The notes below the pieces were generated by a model. That model saw only the letters and a program-made list of their open reading frames with translations. It ran no database searches and was not told the DNA's origin. Both the position numbers and the translations under genes were made by a program. From the NCBI RefSeq assembly GCF_021028975.2, contig NC_059425.1, positions 38,688,001-38,752,000 on the forward strand: a DNA stretch of 64,000 nucleotides. Reading direction: 5' to 3'. The stretch's first letter is position 1. The number at the start of each line of letters is the position of its first letter. This document shows, piece after piece, positions 26,601 through 43,986 of this stretch. The stretch is from Sphaerodactylus townsendi. Its lineage: Eukaryota.

Positions 26601-29600
26601 GGGTGTTGAGAGCAAATTTTTTATTTGTGAAATTTAATAATCAACCTGTTCAAAAAACCAAATGACCAAAGTTGAGTGTGGAGAAAAAGTAACTGATGCT
26701 GATGCAGCTCATAAATCCCTAGCCAAATGGTGGCAGCCTCTTACTGGTGGCTGCAATTTTGTCCCAGACCTAAATTGCCTTCTGAGCAAAACTGTTAAGT
26801 ATTCGGCCTAAACATCTCCTGAGGTGATGGGTAAGGTCTGTGTGATGAGGCTCCATTTTCTTGATCCTGTTGTAACTTTTGATTCTTCTGTGAACTGTAT
26901 GATTGGGCACAGGGTGACAACTTGATGGCTCTGGCAGAGGCAACAGTCACACTTGCTGAAGTGTTGGAACTGAAGGCAGACTTCACGGGCCTTGTAGAAG
27001 GTACCATCATAGAATCTTCCGTGGACAAAGGAAAGGGGTAGGTGTCAATACAGCTTTTTTTTTCTGCCAGAACTACCAATCTGTTGCATGGTCACGTATA
27101 TTGGAATTCCCAACTTTGTTTGATAATATACTTGTTTTAAACCAACGATAACTTTTGGGTCACCATTTAAAGCAAGAAAGGTGGAACTGAAATAATAAAT
27201 ATGGGGTTGGATCCAACATCCTATCACCTCTATCAGTGGCAGATCCTTCCATGTCTCCCATTCCCTGCAGCATTCCTTTTGGTTCCCAGGGAAGATTATT
27301 CCTGGAGTGGTGAGACCTGTATGGATTAAGAGCCAGTGGGTTGGGACTCGGCTCCCATGGGGGTTAGGGAAGGGCATGAAATTGCCCTTACAGTCCCTTC
27401 TGTAAACAGCTTTGTCTTCTTCCTCCTCCCCAGTGCCAGCCTCCCACCTCTCATTGCTGTTAGTCTTTATGGGTCTCCTGAGCCCTGCGGGGATAGGGCG
27501 GATATAAATTCAATAAATAAATAAATTCCGAGAATAAATTTTCCTGAGGTCAGAGAGGACTGTTGTGGGGAAGGGAATGTCAGAAAGAGCAACTATCCTT
27601 GCATGTACAGATTGCTGGATCCTGTTGTAATGAAACCTTTATTTGGTAAATGTCCTATTATCTGAAAGCTTTACTAAGCTGTCTGTAAAACAGCTTCATT
27701 CTAAATAAACCCTGGAAGGTGTTTATTTGTCTGGATTCAGTTATCTGGCTTTCTCCAGTGTTGCAGGCCTACGTTAGTTCAGGAAAATCCAATGTGCAAC
27801 TGACGAGATACGTATGAAGCCTATGGAGAGTGGCAGAACTTCTATTTTGTATCGGTAAAAGTGTTGCCATTTAACTATAAAGACATGCGTCGTAACTGGA
27901 TGGCTCTCAAGTGGTCATAATTCTCTGCTTTTAATAATGTAGGGATAATCTGGAGTAGATGTGCACAGCACTGAGCGACTGGAAATTAAGGACGGGATGC
28001 AACTGATATCAATAGATTCTTGTGCACTTAACTATAAACAGTGGACACAATCCTACATAAGTGAGAAGTGACTACCATAAATCCCATCTAGAGTATGGAA
28101 CGAGTCTTAATTGTGGCCACTCTGAGGTTTCATTTGGGCTTTGGATTGCATCACAGATAATGGTAGCCCCACACACTGCCCCAGCTGCGGAAGCACACCT
28201 GCCTTGCAAGCCAGAGGTCTCAGATTCTATTCATGGCATGTCCAGTTTAAAATAGAGAGGCGTGGAAATCTCTCTATCTGAGTTTCCTGCCGGTCAAAGT
28301 AAGCACAACAGAGCTAGGCGGATCAATGGTCTGACTTGGTATAAGGCAGCAACTTGTGTTCATATGATGTATGAACTTGCTAGTGTTTCTTGCATTGAAC
28401 CCATTTTTTAAAAAAAAAATCTTGATCCAGAACATTTGCATAGCTGTATCTGTATATTATATACTGGCAATGAAACTTTTTTGAAAATGTCCATGGAAAT
28501 TGATTAATGCATATATTTAATTACATCCTAATTTCTATCATATAGTCTTTTACAATATAATGTAAAACCTCAGAAAAAATTTTCAGATTGCAAAATACAG
28601 AGTCATTTGCTTTAGACAGAGTCACAGTATTCATTAGACAGAGTCACAGTGTTCATCACAGCCATTTGGGCAGAAGCCACTGAAAACAGTGCTCTCTTTT
28701 CTGTCTCTAACACCTTCTCTGTGCGAGGGTGAAACACTTGTGTAGTCTTACAGCATGAGACAGCATGTCATTTCAGCCAGTGAGAGAAGCAGGGAGCAAC
28801 TCTGCCGTCCTGTTTCCCCCCAGGCCCTTTTATTGACAGTTTACAAGAGGAAAAACAAACAAGGCAGGCAGGCAGGCAGGGGAAACACAATACAATGGAC
28901 AGGGCAAAGAGCACAGGGGGATTTGGTATTTGCACATACGCACATTGGAGCCAGAGGGTCTTGCAATGTCAGCAGTTTTCTCCGAAACCACATTTGGGAA
29001 GGAAAGGTCAGTTGCACATGAGAGGCCTTTTTCCAAGCAGTGTATCGCCGTACTCCGGCGCCCCCCCCCCCCCGAAAGTTGGGGAGCCCTTTTCCAAGCA
29101 ATGTGCTGCTGTACTCAAGAGCCTCCCGGGCGCTGTGTGACCCCTTTCCAAGCAGAATGGCTGCCATACTCGGGAGCCTCCCAGGCGCTGTGCCCCACAA
29201 CACACTTGTCTAGAAATGTCCTGTGAAATCCATTTGTATTTTGCTTTTACACAGCATAAACTGGCATGAATGTGGAACCAAATGTAATTTTCCTTCTCTT
29301 CCCCCACCTTTTAGTCCAGTGACCACAGCTGTTATCCAAAGAGGAACTCTGAGAAAGGGCTGTATTTTGGTCGCGGGAAAAAGCTGGGCAAAAGTGCGCC
29401 TGATGTTTGATGAAAACGGCAAGGCGATGGAAGCCGCCTCCCCAGGCATGCCAGTGCAGATTGCAGGATGGAAGGAGGTTCCCCCAGCAGGAGAGGTCAT
29501 CCTTGAAGTCGAGTCTGAGGTACCACAGCTTTAGGATTTGAACCCAGAAGCTGATTCAGATGCTGCCCAGATGGGTCAGTTATCCCAGACACCAAAACGG

Positions 29601-32600
29601 GGGGTTATAAAAGGACCAGCTATAGCAAAGAGATTCTGGTGGGAACTAATACTACTTGGCTTCAGGTGTAGTACACACACAAAAAATGATGATGACTGGA
29701 CATTTACCCAATTGTGAGCTGGCTCTGCTCTGTTTTGTTAGAACTTCTCTCCCCATTTCATTAGTGTAGCAGAGGGGAGTCTTCCTCATTTCTGCCTTTG
29801 CCCTTAGCTTTTGGCAGATGATAAAAGGATCTGCAGATGGCAAATTGCATAGAGCGTTACCTGCTTTTCTAAAACAGTGCAGAAATGGATGGACTAATAT
29901 CGTGAAAAAAAATTAGATGTAACCTTCATGTTTAGATGCAGTATACCCCAGCGTATCTAGTGCTGGAAGAAAACAATAGGGAATGGTTAGATCCATTAGA
30001 CACTGGCTAATGAGTTTCTCAGAGATATCTGTGTGGCTCACTGCTGAAGACCTTATACTAACTTACTAGATGGATCCTGCTGTGATCTCGCACGGTAATA
30101 TGTTGTGTTCTTCTGCAAAGCAAAGAGCTCGTGAAGTTGTTGATTGGAGAATCTATGCTGAACAACAAGAAAAAATGAAGAAGGATCTTGAGGTCATAGA
30201 AGCAAAACAAAAAGAGCACACAGATGCCTACAAGAAGGAGCGAGAGAGCTTTGGCAACATGACCTGGAAGGAGAGACGGACAGCCATGTATCAAGCCAAA
30301 AAGCGTCTCAGCTTATTGCGGCCTAAGGAAAGAGTGCAGAGTGACAAAAACAAACTGCCCGTCATTATCAAAGGTGAGGGTCTGTTTGCTTCTTCATTGT
30401 CCTGATGCTCACAGCCACAAGGCAAGGCTGGACCTTTTGAGCCCCAGCCTCAGCTCACAAAATTTATTATCCTCTGGAAACCAGGCTTTCCCTGGGATGA
30501 AAACAATGCAAGGGGAGCCAGCTTGGCTCAGTGTGCCTTCCTGTGTGAAAAAAAAGCAGTTTGTAGGCAAAGGGGGAACTACCCTGAGTGGAACTGGGCC
30601 AAGCTGGCACCATAAAGCAACCTCCAGGATGGCTAGAGCGGAAATGAAAGTTGTTGCAATGAATAGACCAGTGGTTCTCAACCTGTGGGGGTCGAACGAC
30701 CCTTTCACAGGGGTCGCCTAAGACTCTCTGCATCAGTGTTCTCCATCTGTAAAATGGATAAATGTTAGGGTTGGGGGTCACCACAACATGAACTGTATTA
30801 AAGGGTTGCGGCATTAGGAAGGTTGAGAACCACTGGAATAGACACTTTAGCAACCATTAGGGTAGGAGCTTCAAATAGAAGCAGACAGTTCCTTGCAGAA
30901 GATGTTGAAGTCAGTGCACCACCCTCTTGGGAGTGCTGAATACTCCTAATGTGAGATCATGATGTGTGGTAGTAAAGGAAATTGTCAAAAAACATGTCCA
31001 GTTATGGCATTTGATTTATCTGTAATGACCCTGGACCCAACTCTCCCACAGCATTTAAATCTGGTAGTTTAAGAAAGATCCCCCTTTCAGAAATGGGGAA
31101 AAATGGGAAGCCATTGCTGCTAAGTAGAAGAATCACAAGTACATTGATAAGAAAGCCAGGTTTGGTTGCATCTGGCAAAGTAGCCATGGAAAAGCCAGCT
31201 TGGCCACCTAAGCTCATTAAAAACCAAACAGATTCAGATAATTTTGCTGGAGTTGGGCTTTCTTTCTCACACTCTAATGAGCAAAACTCTTAGCATGGAT
31301 AGAATCCCAAATCTAAGGATTTGTTTTCTTAAGAGAGATTGTTAAAACTAGTGTTGGTACAAGTGTAACTAAAAATATAATTTTTCTCTTTGCTACAGTC
31401 AAGGAATTTATGCTCTGGCATTTGGAGGTGGCTTTCTTTCTCTTCCTTTCATTTTGTTGTTTTGCTTCTTTCATAGCTTTAACATATTTCCTGACATAAC
31501 ATATTCCCTGTGTTGTGACCGCAGTCCATGTTGATTTGTGTAAGCTGTTATATACATTTTAAAAAATCTTATGAATAGAGTAGGTTTTTTTAAATAGAAA
31601 AGGAGCGAAAGCCGCTAGGAACTTTTCAAAGTTCCCATTAATTGAATTGAGACTGGTACTGAACTTCGTGGTGGACAGATTTTGATAAATAATATTCCAC
31701 AATATGTTTTTTCTTGATTTCATCTAATACATTCTTGCCCACTCAGGTGATGTTGATGGTTCTGTGGAGGCCATTTTGAATATCCTCGATACTTATGATG
31801 CCGATGAGGAGTGTGAATTAGAGGTTCTCCATTTTGGGATTGGGGATATAAGTGAAAAGGACGTAACCCTTGCCGAAACATTTGAAGGTAGCAAATGTTG
31901 AGGTGATCTGTATGAAATGGTGTGGCTCTTTGATGGTTAATTTTATAGTATCGAAACTGACAATTCAGTAAAGAGCAGAGAAGTGTGGGATAAAGCAGTG
32001 CTTTAATAAAGAGATGTAGAGTAAGTATGCCAAACTGACTGACTTGTCTCTGTGTTGCAGAATGGAATGTGAAACACCATCTGTGTCATGAGGCAGAGGA
32101 GGAGATGCATTCTAACCCACACAATGTAGTTTTGTACTGTTATTGTTTATTTTATTTTAACACATTTATTAGCCACCTTTATTCCTTATGAAGCTCAGGG
32201 CACCTTACAATTTAAATTAAAGACATAAACCCAGAGTATGTAAAGACACATAAGATCAGATGTCTATCTGATGGCATCTACTAGGGCTGCTGATATAGGG
32301 TCGGAAAGTACACATGAAATTCTGCATCTTCAACGTTGCACATTTTGGAGTGGAGCATTAGCATATTGGGTTAGATCTAGTGGTAGTTCTATTGACACAA
32401 GAGATCACCATAACCAGATTGGGACTTTTTAACCTCACCCTCTCATTGCAGCCTGAAGCGTTCCCAAAATGCTCATTCTGGGGGATCCCAAATAACAGCA
32501 TGAGAGGGTTCTACGAATGTTAGAATTTCAAAATTCCCCTCCCTTTCATTGCCAGAACTTTACAGGTGGGTCCAACCCGTGGTTAATTCTAAAATAAGTG

Positions 32601-35600
32601 GCATAGCACCCATGGGGGGCGCGACAACCCCAGCCACACCCTAGTGCCGGGGTGTGGCCAGGGCATGGCCGGCAGTGCCGCAGCAGGGGCACAGGATGCG
32701 TGCGTGCCCCAGCCGCAGTTGCCCCTTGCTCTGCCCCTGTATAAAATACATGTCACTGCAAATAGGAATCTGGTTGAAAAAGCAGCATGAAAAGATAAGG
32801 TATTTTTAGTGTTCCAAGCTAAAGTGGTCATCCTTGGGGCTTTGTAAACTCTGTATAAGTACAGCATCTGAATGGATTTGGGAATTCTGGGAGAAGAATT
32901 CAGCATTATTAGAACTTCAGCCTTTCTTCCTTATTACAAAACATTAGGTCTCTGTGGTTATGAAGTTTAACTTGAAAGTATACATGCCGATCTCAAAATC
33001 ACAGTTAAATTCCCAGTAGAGTTTTCAGCCATCAGGATACTACCTAACTTTTTGCCTGTTTCAGTGACTTGCAGATTTATGTAAAATAAGGAAGGATGCA
33101 CATTTTCATAATCCATTCACATTGTTCAATTCAGCATTTCTTGGTGCTGACATTGTTCGGTTGCCACAAAACTTTTTATTGCAAAAGTACACTTGCAGTC
33201 CGTCTTAGTGTTTATTTAGTAGAACAGCTGTTCTGCATGAAGTGCTTCTATTTAATAGTAATCTTTAAGAAACGCAGTAACTTGAAGTGCTTCTATTTAA
33301 TAGTAATCTATTTAATAGTAATGCAGTAACGTACATTTATTATTTTCTTGATCTGTCAGGTATCGTGTATGGGTTCAATGTGAATGCAAGCAAATCTATT
33401 CAGCAGTTGGCTGCTAAAAAGGACATAAAGATTAAAATCCACAATATCATCTACCGGCTGATTGAGGATTTGCAGGAGGAGCTGAGCTGCACATTGCCTA
33501 GGACTGTGGAAGAGCATATATTAGGTATATTTCTGAATATAGGATGAAGTGGTCAAACAGTGGGGAGGATTAGTGCCTTCAAACTGCTTATGGCTTTCCA
33601 GCCATAACCAATTATATGCATTTCCACCAAAAGATGACAGTAGAATTGGATATTAATCCACCATCTCCTGGACCTTCTTTGTTGTAGAATGCTCTGCTTG
33701 GGTCCTGGGCACCAGGGGGTGGGGGTGGGGGAGAACAGAACTAGATAAGCGCTAGGACCCAAGTGGAGCATTCTACAACAAAGAAGATCCAGGAAATGGC
33801 AGATTAATATCCAATTCTACTGTCGCCTTTCAGTGGAAAAGAGTATAGCTTCTGTTGGGAAACAGGATGCCAGATTAGAGGTTTTGATCCAACAGGCTCT
33901 TCTGGTGTCCAAGGGACAATAGGTTTTTTGTAATGGAGAAACAGACTTCTAAAACTCTTACTATTGTTTCATATGACAAGAAATGGCGTGCAAGTGGTCG
34001 GTTCGCCATGACTCTGGGGGATCACAAAAAATATGTGATCTAATGGATGTCAGATCTGGCTTCCTGAGAATCTTAGGACTGAAAATGTGTACCTGATGCC
34101 TGCTAAAAAATGGAAGCAGCAGAGTTAATTGAATAATGTTTTACAGTATTGAACTCTAGAGACAAATGCTCCTTCCCTATTAAGCACACTATAAAAATGA
34201 TAAAGTTGACACATTTTCTCAGCTTACATGAAAGTTGGAAAATCTAAGTACAGTCTTCCTATGGAATATGTAATATTGACTGGAACTAGGTTTTTGAGAA
34301 CTGCTCTGTAATTGGACATAATTTTGTAATTATGAATCTAATGCCACCCCTCTCTGTCGGAATAATACCTGAACGGGGCGCATAGCCAAATACCTTGAAT
34401 TGTTAACTGAACCCCAACAGAGATGGATTATCACAAGGGCCAGATCCAATACTTTCTCATTGACCATTACAAAGGGTCTTTACTTATCCATCCCTTTCCA
34501 GGATCGGGTTTGTCCACACTGTAAAAACCAAGTGAAGACTCTTGCTCACATTATACTCGACTGTCTGAGTTATGTGGGCATTAGGAATTTCTCTCCCAGG
34601 CTGGCCCTAGACAAATCTGAAAGAGACTCTGACAGTTCTGCTGTGGAGCTTCTGTTAAACAATACAGATGTCATGCTCTTGGAAAAAGTAGCAAAATTAC
34701 TTTTACAAGCGACAGAACTTTCTAAGTAATGTATACTGCTATATACAGTCTTTCTGTCTGTGTTGTGAATGTACTCTTGATTTGTACTTCATAAATGTCT
34801 GACAACGCTCTAGAGCCTATTTTAAATGCCCAATAAAGGTTGTGTGTAGGAGGTTAAGAGCTTGTGGAGAAACCGGGTTTGATTCTCTGCTCTGCTGCCT
34901 GAGCTGTGGAGGCTTATCTGGGGAATTCAGATTAGCCTGTACGCTCCCACACACGCCAGCTGGGTGACCTTGGGCTAGTCACAGCTTCTCAGAGCTCTCT
35001 CAGCCCCACCTGCTACCTCACAGGGTATTTGTTGTGAGGGGGGAAGGGCAAGGAGATTGTAAGCCCCTTTGAGTCTCCTCCAGGAGAGAAAGGGGGGATA
35101 TAAATCCAAACTCCTCCTCCTCCTCCTCTTCTTCTAAATCTAATGCTTTCATTTATTTTCTGCAGGAGAAGCTGCTGTTTTAGCTACATTTGAAGTCACG
35201 GTGGGGAAGAAAAAGGTTCTAGTTGCTGGTTGCAGGGTACAAAAGGGACAACTAGACAGAAAGATGAAGTTTAAATTAATTCATAAAGGAGATGTTGTTT
35301 GGTCTGGTGAGTTGGGGACTCCTTGCTTGCTAGTTAATTTTAAGACCTACTTCTCATCTCTCGAGTCATTGAGTATGCTGCTTAGCTGTGATCTATGATT
35401 TTATGCTGGTTGTGGTGGTTTTTCTGGGCTGTGTGATTTTTGTGATTTTTTCTATGATTTTATGCTTGATTTTGTTTCACAAGGCTGACATTTGGTTGCT
35501 AGCTTCTTAGACAGTTGAGAAGTTAGTCACAGCCCAGGCTGATCTGGAATTTAAATAGCTCTGCGTTGCAAAATAAAAAATGGATCAGTGCCTCTGGGAA

Positions 35601-36844
35601 ACTTCACCTGACTTCATCCAGTGCTTCATTTTGACGCAAGGCATTCGGAAGAGTGATGTTTCACACATATTGGTGACTCCTCAATAAGAGACTAGTAGCC
35701 CAATCTTGACTAGGATGATGGGAGGTTAGCTGCTCTGATGCTGTCTCGCCCCCTCCAGAGAGCTTTCCTGGGGTGCAGGAAGCACTAAAAATTTTTTTTG
35801 AAAGGGAGAAAATCCCCCATAGCAGGGGAATAGATATGCTACGAAAATGGTCTCTGAGGGCTCCTTCTCCACTGGCACAAGGGAACTGACAAGGCTCTGC
35901 AGGCCAACTAAGGTTCGCCACGCCTCCCAGCCACACCAGCATGTTTTGGGCCTGGGAAACAGAGTCAGCTTTCGGGACAGGTGCCAGGGAGCCACATGGT
36001 ACCCTACCACCCAGGTAGGTTGCCTCTCCAGCGGTGCATTTGCCCCTTGCATTTCCACCAGCACAGAAGTGTGCTGGCTCCAGAGGGAAATTCACACATA
36101 CACACACACACACGGATTGGACTGTACAGTTTAAAGAGCTCACAATATGCTTCTAAGTTCTGAAAGCTATTGGCTATGGTGAGGGGAGCCTCACGGCTCA
36201 CAGTGGTAAGCTGCAGCGCATCTCATGACTTGAATTCGATCTCAATGGTAGTCATTTTCAGGTAGACAGTGGAATGTTCATTATTCTCTCTAGTGTCTTC
36301 CATCCTTCCAAGGTGGATAAAATGAGTACCCAGTGTGCTGGGGGTAAAGTGTAGATGACTGGGTAAGGCAATGGCAAACCACCCTGTAAACACAGTCTGC
36401 TTAGTAAACACCGGGTCAGTAATGACTCGGTGCTTGCACAGGGGACTACATTTACCGGCCATGGTGGCTAGCGGGAACCTGCACTTTCAGAGGCAGTAAA
36501 TCTTGAAATACCAGTGCCAGGAGCCAACATCAGGGAAAGGTTTTGGCCTCTATTCTCTTTTGTAGTGCCTCTACGGCAACTGTGTGCTAAACTAGATTGG
36601 CTGCTGGTCTGACCCAGCAGGGTTCTTATGCTTTTGTATAGCAGTTTTAACTTTTTCACATTCTTTGTATCTAGGCCACTTGACATCACTGAAACACCAC
36701 CAAGATGACATCTCTGTAGTGAAGACCGGCATGGAATGTGGGCTTAGTGTGGAGAAGAACATAGAGTTGCAAGTTGGCGATGAGGTTGTTTGTTTCAGTG
36801 AAGAGGAGGTGGAACAGAAAACTTCTTGGGACCCAGGATTTTGA
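16920..36844 (+). CDS. MTIF2: Mitochondrial translation initiation factor IF-2, complete spliced CDS (13 exons, 2181 nt, 726 aa)
   Basis: Exons 16920-17129, 17305-17425, 22015-22186, 22510-22670, 24848-25024, 25600-25739, 26913-27037, 29315-29519, 30121-30373, 31747-31887, 33360-33524, 35166-35306, 36675-36844 join in frame with GT-AG introns. G-domain motifs [14 protein letters not shown] and NKCD are present; the C-terminus KTSWDPGF* matches vertebrate MTIF2. Confidence 0.97.
17305..17425 (+). CDS. MTIF2: MTIF2 coding exon 2
   Basis: RKKSAKK...[20 protein letters not shown]; AG and gtgag sites, phase-consistent. Confidence 0.88.
17690..18333 (+). mobile_element. L2 LINE 3' end
   Basis: LTFKALHGL...[14 protein letters not shown]...RAF; GGGGATGGGGC...(AAAT)n tail. 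Confidence 0.8.
18405..20598 (+). mobile_element. 5'-truncated LINE of the same RTE-X-like group
   Basis: [21 protein letters not shown]; ends ATGCCAAATAAAGGC plus A-tail; TSD AAAAGGCAAAGA at 18393-18404 and 20599-20610. Confidence 0.85.
20661..20698 (+). repeat. (GT)n(GA)n microsatellite
   Basis: Directly visible. Confidence 0.9.
22015..22186 (+). CDS. MTIF2: MTIF2 coding exon 3
   Basis: [12 protein letters not shown]...[18 protein letters not shown]; AG/GT. Confidence 0.93.
22510..22670 (+). CDS. MTIF2: MTIF2 coding exon 4 (P-loop)
   Basis: [19 protein letters not shown]...[10 protein letters not shown]. Confidence 0.97.
24848..25024 (+). CDS. MTIF2: MTIF2 coding exon 5
   Basis: [17 protein letters not shown]...[12 protein letters not shown]. 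Confidence 0.97.
25600..25739 (+). CDS. MTIF2: MTIF2 coding exon 6
   Basis: [12 protein letters not shown]...EDYGGDVQ...SALK. Confidence 0.97.
26913..27037 (+). CDS. MTIF2: MTIF2 coding exon 7
   Basis: [23 protein letters not shown]...[14 protein letters not shown]. Confidence 0.95.
29026..29195 (+). repeat. Degenerate 3-unit minisatellite (about 54-63 bp units)
   Basis: CCTTTCCAAGCA...TACTC...GCCTCCC.GGCGCTGTG repeated. Confidence 0.7.
29315..29519 (+). CDS. MTIF2: MTIF2 coding exon 8
   Basis: [15 protein letters not shown]...[12 protein letters not shown]...LEVESE. Confidence 0.97.
30121..30373 (+). CDS. MTIF2: MTIF2 coding exon 9 (includes the mitochondria-specific insert region)
   Basis: [10 protein letters not shown]...LPVIIK. 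Confidence 0.95.
30669..30835 (-). mobile_element. URR1-like hAT-Charlie MITE (second copy)
   Basis: TIR CAGTGGTTCTCAACCT; TSD GAATAGAC; reverse complement of 6910-7077. Confidence 0.88.
31747..31887 (+). CDS. MTIF2: MTIF2 coding exon 10
   Basis: [19 protein letters not shown]...[19 protein letters not shown]. Confidence 0.96.
33360..33524 (+). CDS. MTIF2: MTIF2 coding exon 11
   Basis: [10 protein letters not shown]...[15 protein letters not shown]. Confidence 0.96.
33614..33847. repeat. Foldback (MITE-like) palindrome; partial relative at about 22760-22870
   Basis: GACAGTAGAATTGGATATTAATC...GTTGTAGAATGCTC mirrored by GAGCATTCTACAAC...GATTAATATCCAATTCTACTGTC. Confidence 0.75.
34340..34845 (+). 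mobile_element. 3' fragment of an RTE-X-like LINE
   Basis: ORF with [17 protein letters not shown] knuckle, followed by ATGCCCAATAAAGG. Confidence 0.7.
34845..35135 (+). mobile_element. Squam3-type (tRNA/CORE) SINE; other copies about 908-1035(-), 38170-38448(-), 52078-52335(-), 52884-53130(+), 58781-59028(+)
   Basis: B-box-like GGGTTTGATTC, CTGGGTGACCTTGGGCTAGTCACAG core, simple-repeat tail. Confidence 0.7.
35166..35306 (+). CDS. MTIF2: MTIF2 coding exon 12
   Basis: GEAAVLATF...[11 protein letters not shown]. Confidence 0.96.
36183..36460 (+). mobile_element. Sauria (Squam1) SINE; other copies about 46448-46715(+), 21257-21525(-)
   Basis: A-box-like GGCTCACAGTGGTAAG; CTTCCATCCTTCCAAGGTGGATAAAATGAGTACCCAG; AGGCAATGGCAAACCAC. 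Confidence 0.7.
36675..36844 (+). CDS. MTIF2: MTIF2 last coding exon
   Basis: [20 protein letters not shown]...[11 protein letters not shown]. Confidence 0.96.
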
Positions 36845-36985
36845 GTTTCCAGCACCTGATGTGAGAGACTGGAATTTGAGGCCCAAACTCTTAACAAAAC
36901 ATGGCTTAATGTGAGCCTTTTAGGAAGCAGACTGCATTGTAGAAATTACAGCTCCCATCTGGACATTTCAGAAGCGGTTACTAGG

Positions 36986-36991
36986 AATAAA
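36986..36991 (+). terminator. Probable MTIF2 polyadenylation signal
   Basis: AATAAA about 140 nt after the stop codon. Confidence 0.55.
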
Positions 36992-37274
36992 ATTTCTGAT
37001 CTTACTACACTGTAGTAATTTCAGCTGCGGATGACAAGGCAACGGTTTTAGGAGCTGCAAGATGTGACATGTGCCTAATGTATACTTCACTAAAAAAAAA
37101 CCACAAGAACTCAGTTTAGGCTGGACCAAAATATAATTTTGCTGGACATATCTGACTGTTTTGAGTCTTTATTACATGCAGTGTGAGGCTGGTAGGGTAG
37201 TTGGGTTTGATCAAGGAGAGTAATTTAGAATTTCTTGCCTATACAGTCTCTTCGTATTTTAGGATATCAACCTC

Positions 37275-37825
37275 CCTCATGCTTCAGCTGTCAGGATCAC
37301 ACTGCCATTTAAAACCTTAATGTGGTAACCCAAATATGATGTAGTGTTCACTGATGAGTTTCTTAGTACCCACTTATTTCTTGTCGCCAGTGACATATTC
37401 TTACACTTAAGCATCTTTTCTAGCTCCTTCATGGCTGCCCTCCCCAGAAATAGAAAATCTTGAACCATCCTCATTGTCAGCCTTAACACTGAGTTCGTTC
37501 TCCAAAAGTCATTACTTTTATCTTCTCAGTGTTCAGCTGTACTCCTACTTTGGCCCTTTCACCTTTTAACTTTCAGCAGTAGTCATTTCAAGCTTTTGCT
37601 TTTTTCTGCCAGTAATGTGGTATCATTGACACCTCTCAAATTGTTAATGTTCCTCCCACCGAAATTCAGGCCACCTTCATCTAAATGTGATACAGCTTTC
37701 CTTATGACATGTTCTGTATATAGATTGAGGAGACAGGGAGATAATACATCCCTGTTTGCTATCTTTGCCAATTACAAACCATTCCGTTTCTCCATATTCT
37801 GTCCTTCAGTAGCCTCTTCTTCAGA
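37275..37825 (-). mobile_element. RTE-BovB LINE fragment
   Basis: LSPCLLNLYTEHVIRKA...GGRNINNLR..DTTLLAE (BovB RT signature). Confidence 0.8.
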
Positions 37826-38457
37826 GTACTATTATACTATCACACTAAAAAGCTTTCTTTTTATCTATAAATGACATATTGACCACTGATGGAAGGGCAA
37901 GAGAGCAACAGGGAAATCATCCCCCCCTTAAAAGTGGCTCCTTTTCTAAAAATGATTGAAGATACAATCATAGCTCTCTAGCCTCTATTTAGGGGTGCCC
38001 TAAAGAAAAAGGAATATTAACTTCACACAGTGAGCAGAGTGGCAGGTGAGGCGTCTTGCCCGCAGCTTTCTTAACCAAGTCCTGAATGTTCTGTGCAGAT
38101 GGTACATTTAGAAACACACAGAATGTGCTAAACTGTTAGTTCAAATGTTATCTTCTTACCACTAATCAACAGAAGAGTTGGATTTATATCCACCAACCTC
38201 TCTCTCTTGTAAGGAGACTCAAAGGGGCCTACAAACTCCTTTCCCTTCCTCTTTCCATAACAGACACATTGTGAGGTACGTGAGACTGTGAGAGTTTTGA
38301 GATAACTCTGACTGACCCAAGGTCAGCCAACAGAAATGTAGGACTGGGGAAACCAATCTGGCTCACCGCCATTCATGTGAAGTTGTGCAAAATCAGACTT
38401 GGTTCTCTAGATTATAGAGTCTACCTGTTTTTAACCACTACACCACTCTAGTTCTTG

Positions 38458-38562
38458 TTGACTGTTGTGTGTTTCCAGGCTGTGTGGTTTCACACACATC
38501 ATGGCCATACAACCTCGAAAACCCACAACAGCCAGTTGATTCCAACTGTGAAAACCTTCAAC
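38458..38562. mobile_element. Small Penelope-like remnant
   Basis: GGCCATACAACCTCGAAAACCCACAACAGCCAG...GAAAACCTTCAAC, homologous to the 3336 and 40466 copies. Confidence 0.55.
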
Positions 38563-39513
38563 AAGTCAATACATAAAGTTATCCAGCCTTTCTCCACATC
38601 CCATACTTACTATCATTAGAGTGGAAATGGTAATTCCAACACTTAAACCTAATGTGTCAGGTTGCCAAACACCCTCATTTATAAAACAACATCTGCTGGG
38701 AATATGTCATGGAATGTGTGCAGTCCCTGAGAACCGATTGGACAGGTAAAGCCAGAAAACTGGTGTGAATGGAAAATTAATTGTACAACAACGGAATGGA
38801 GACAATAATGCACACTGTTTCTAACATACCAAAGGAAATTCTGCACAGGAAAACTGGATCTACAATCAAGGAAGTCAACTAAGTCTAAGAAAACTGAGGT
38901 TCTGTTTTGATATTATCCATGTGGACCAACCAAGAATATTTATACTTCATTTACACTTCAGGTTGCTCATCCTATCCAACAATATCACACCCCAGGGTTC
39001 CCAGACCCAGTTTAAGAAACACTGTTCTTATGACTGCAAGATGAGGCATGTGCATACCATTTCCAACAGCCAGGGAAATGGAACTGTATGTTACATAAAA
39101 TAAACAAAGATAAGGGCAATAATAGAATTCAACTTCACTGCAGATTTTTGCTTTTAAAGGGAAGCATCTGCTAGCTCCACAAGCTGCATATTTGCTACCC
39201 TTCTCAACTGCTTGAAATCCAAGGAAATATAATGCACAACACTTAGCCTTCCATACGGCATCAGAAAGTATTTACAACATCAGAGCTCTGCACTTCAGTT
39301 CTTAAGTTTAGTACAGCAGTTGGGTTAACGCTGTCTCCTATATGCTATGCAGCATAAGAGCAACAAGATTGTGAGGCAAGATGTCCCTTCCACAGTCCTT
39401 TGCGTCTAGCCCACCGTTCCCGCACCTTCGTCCCCTCTGCACTTCTGTATTGTACAACTCCCACCCACTTAATTGCCCTCATGTAATCACAGATACGGTA
39501 ACATTTAAAGGTT

Positions 39514-39519
39514 TTTATT
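39514..39519 (-). terminator. RPS27A polyadenylation signal
   Basis: AATAAA 13 nt after the stop; short 3'UTR typical of ribosomal protein genes. Confidence 0.8.
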
Positions 39520-39532
39520 ACAAGAGACACAT

Positions 39533-43986
<4,454 letters not shown>

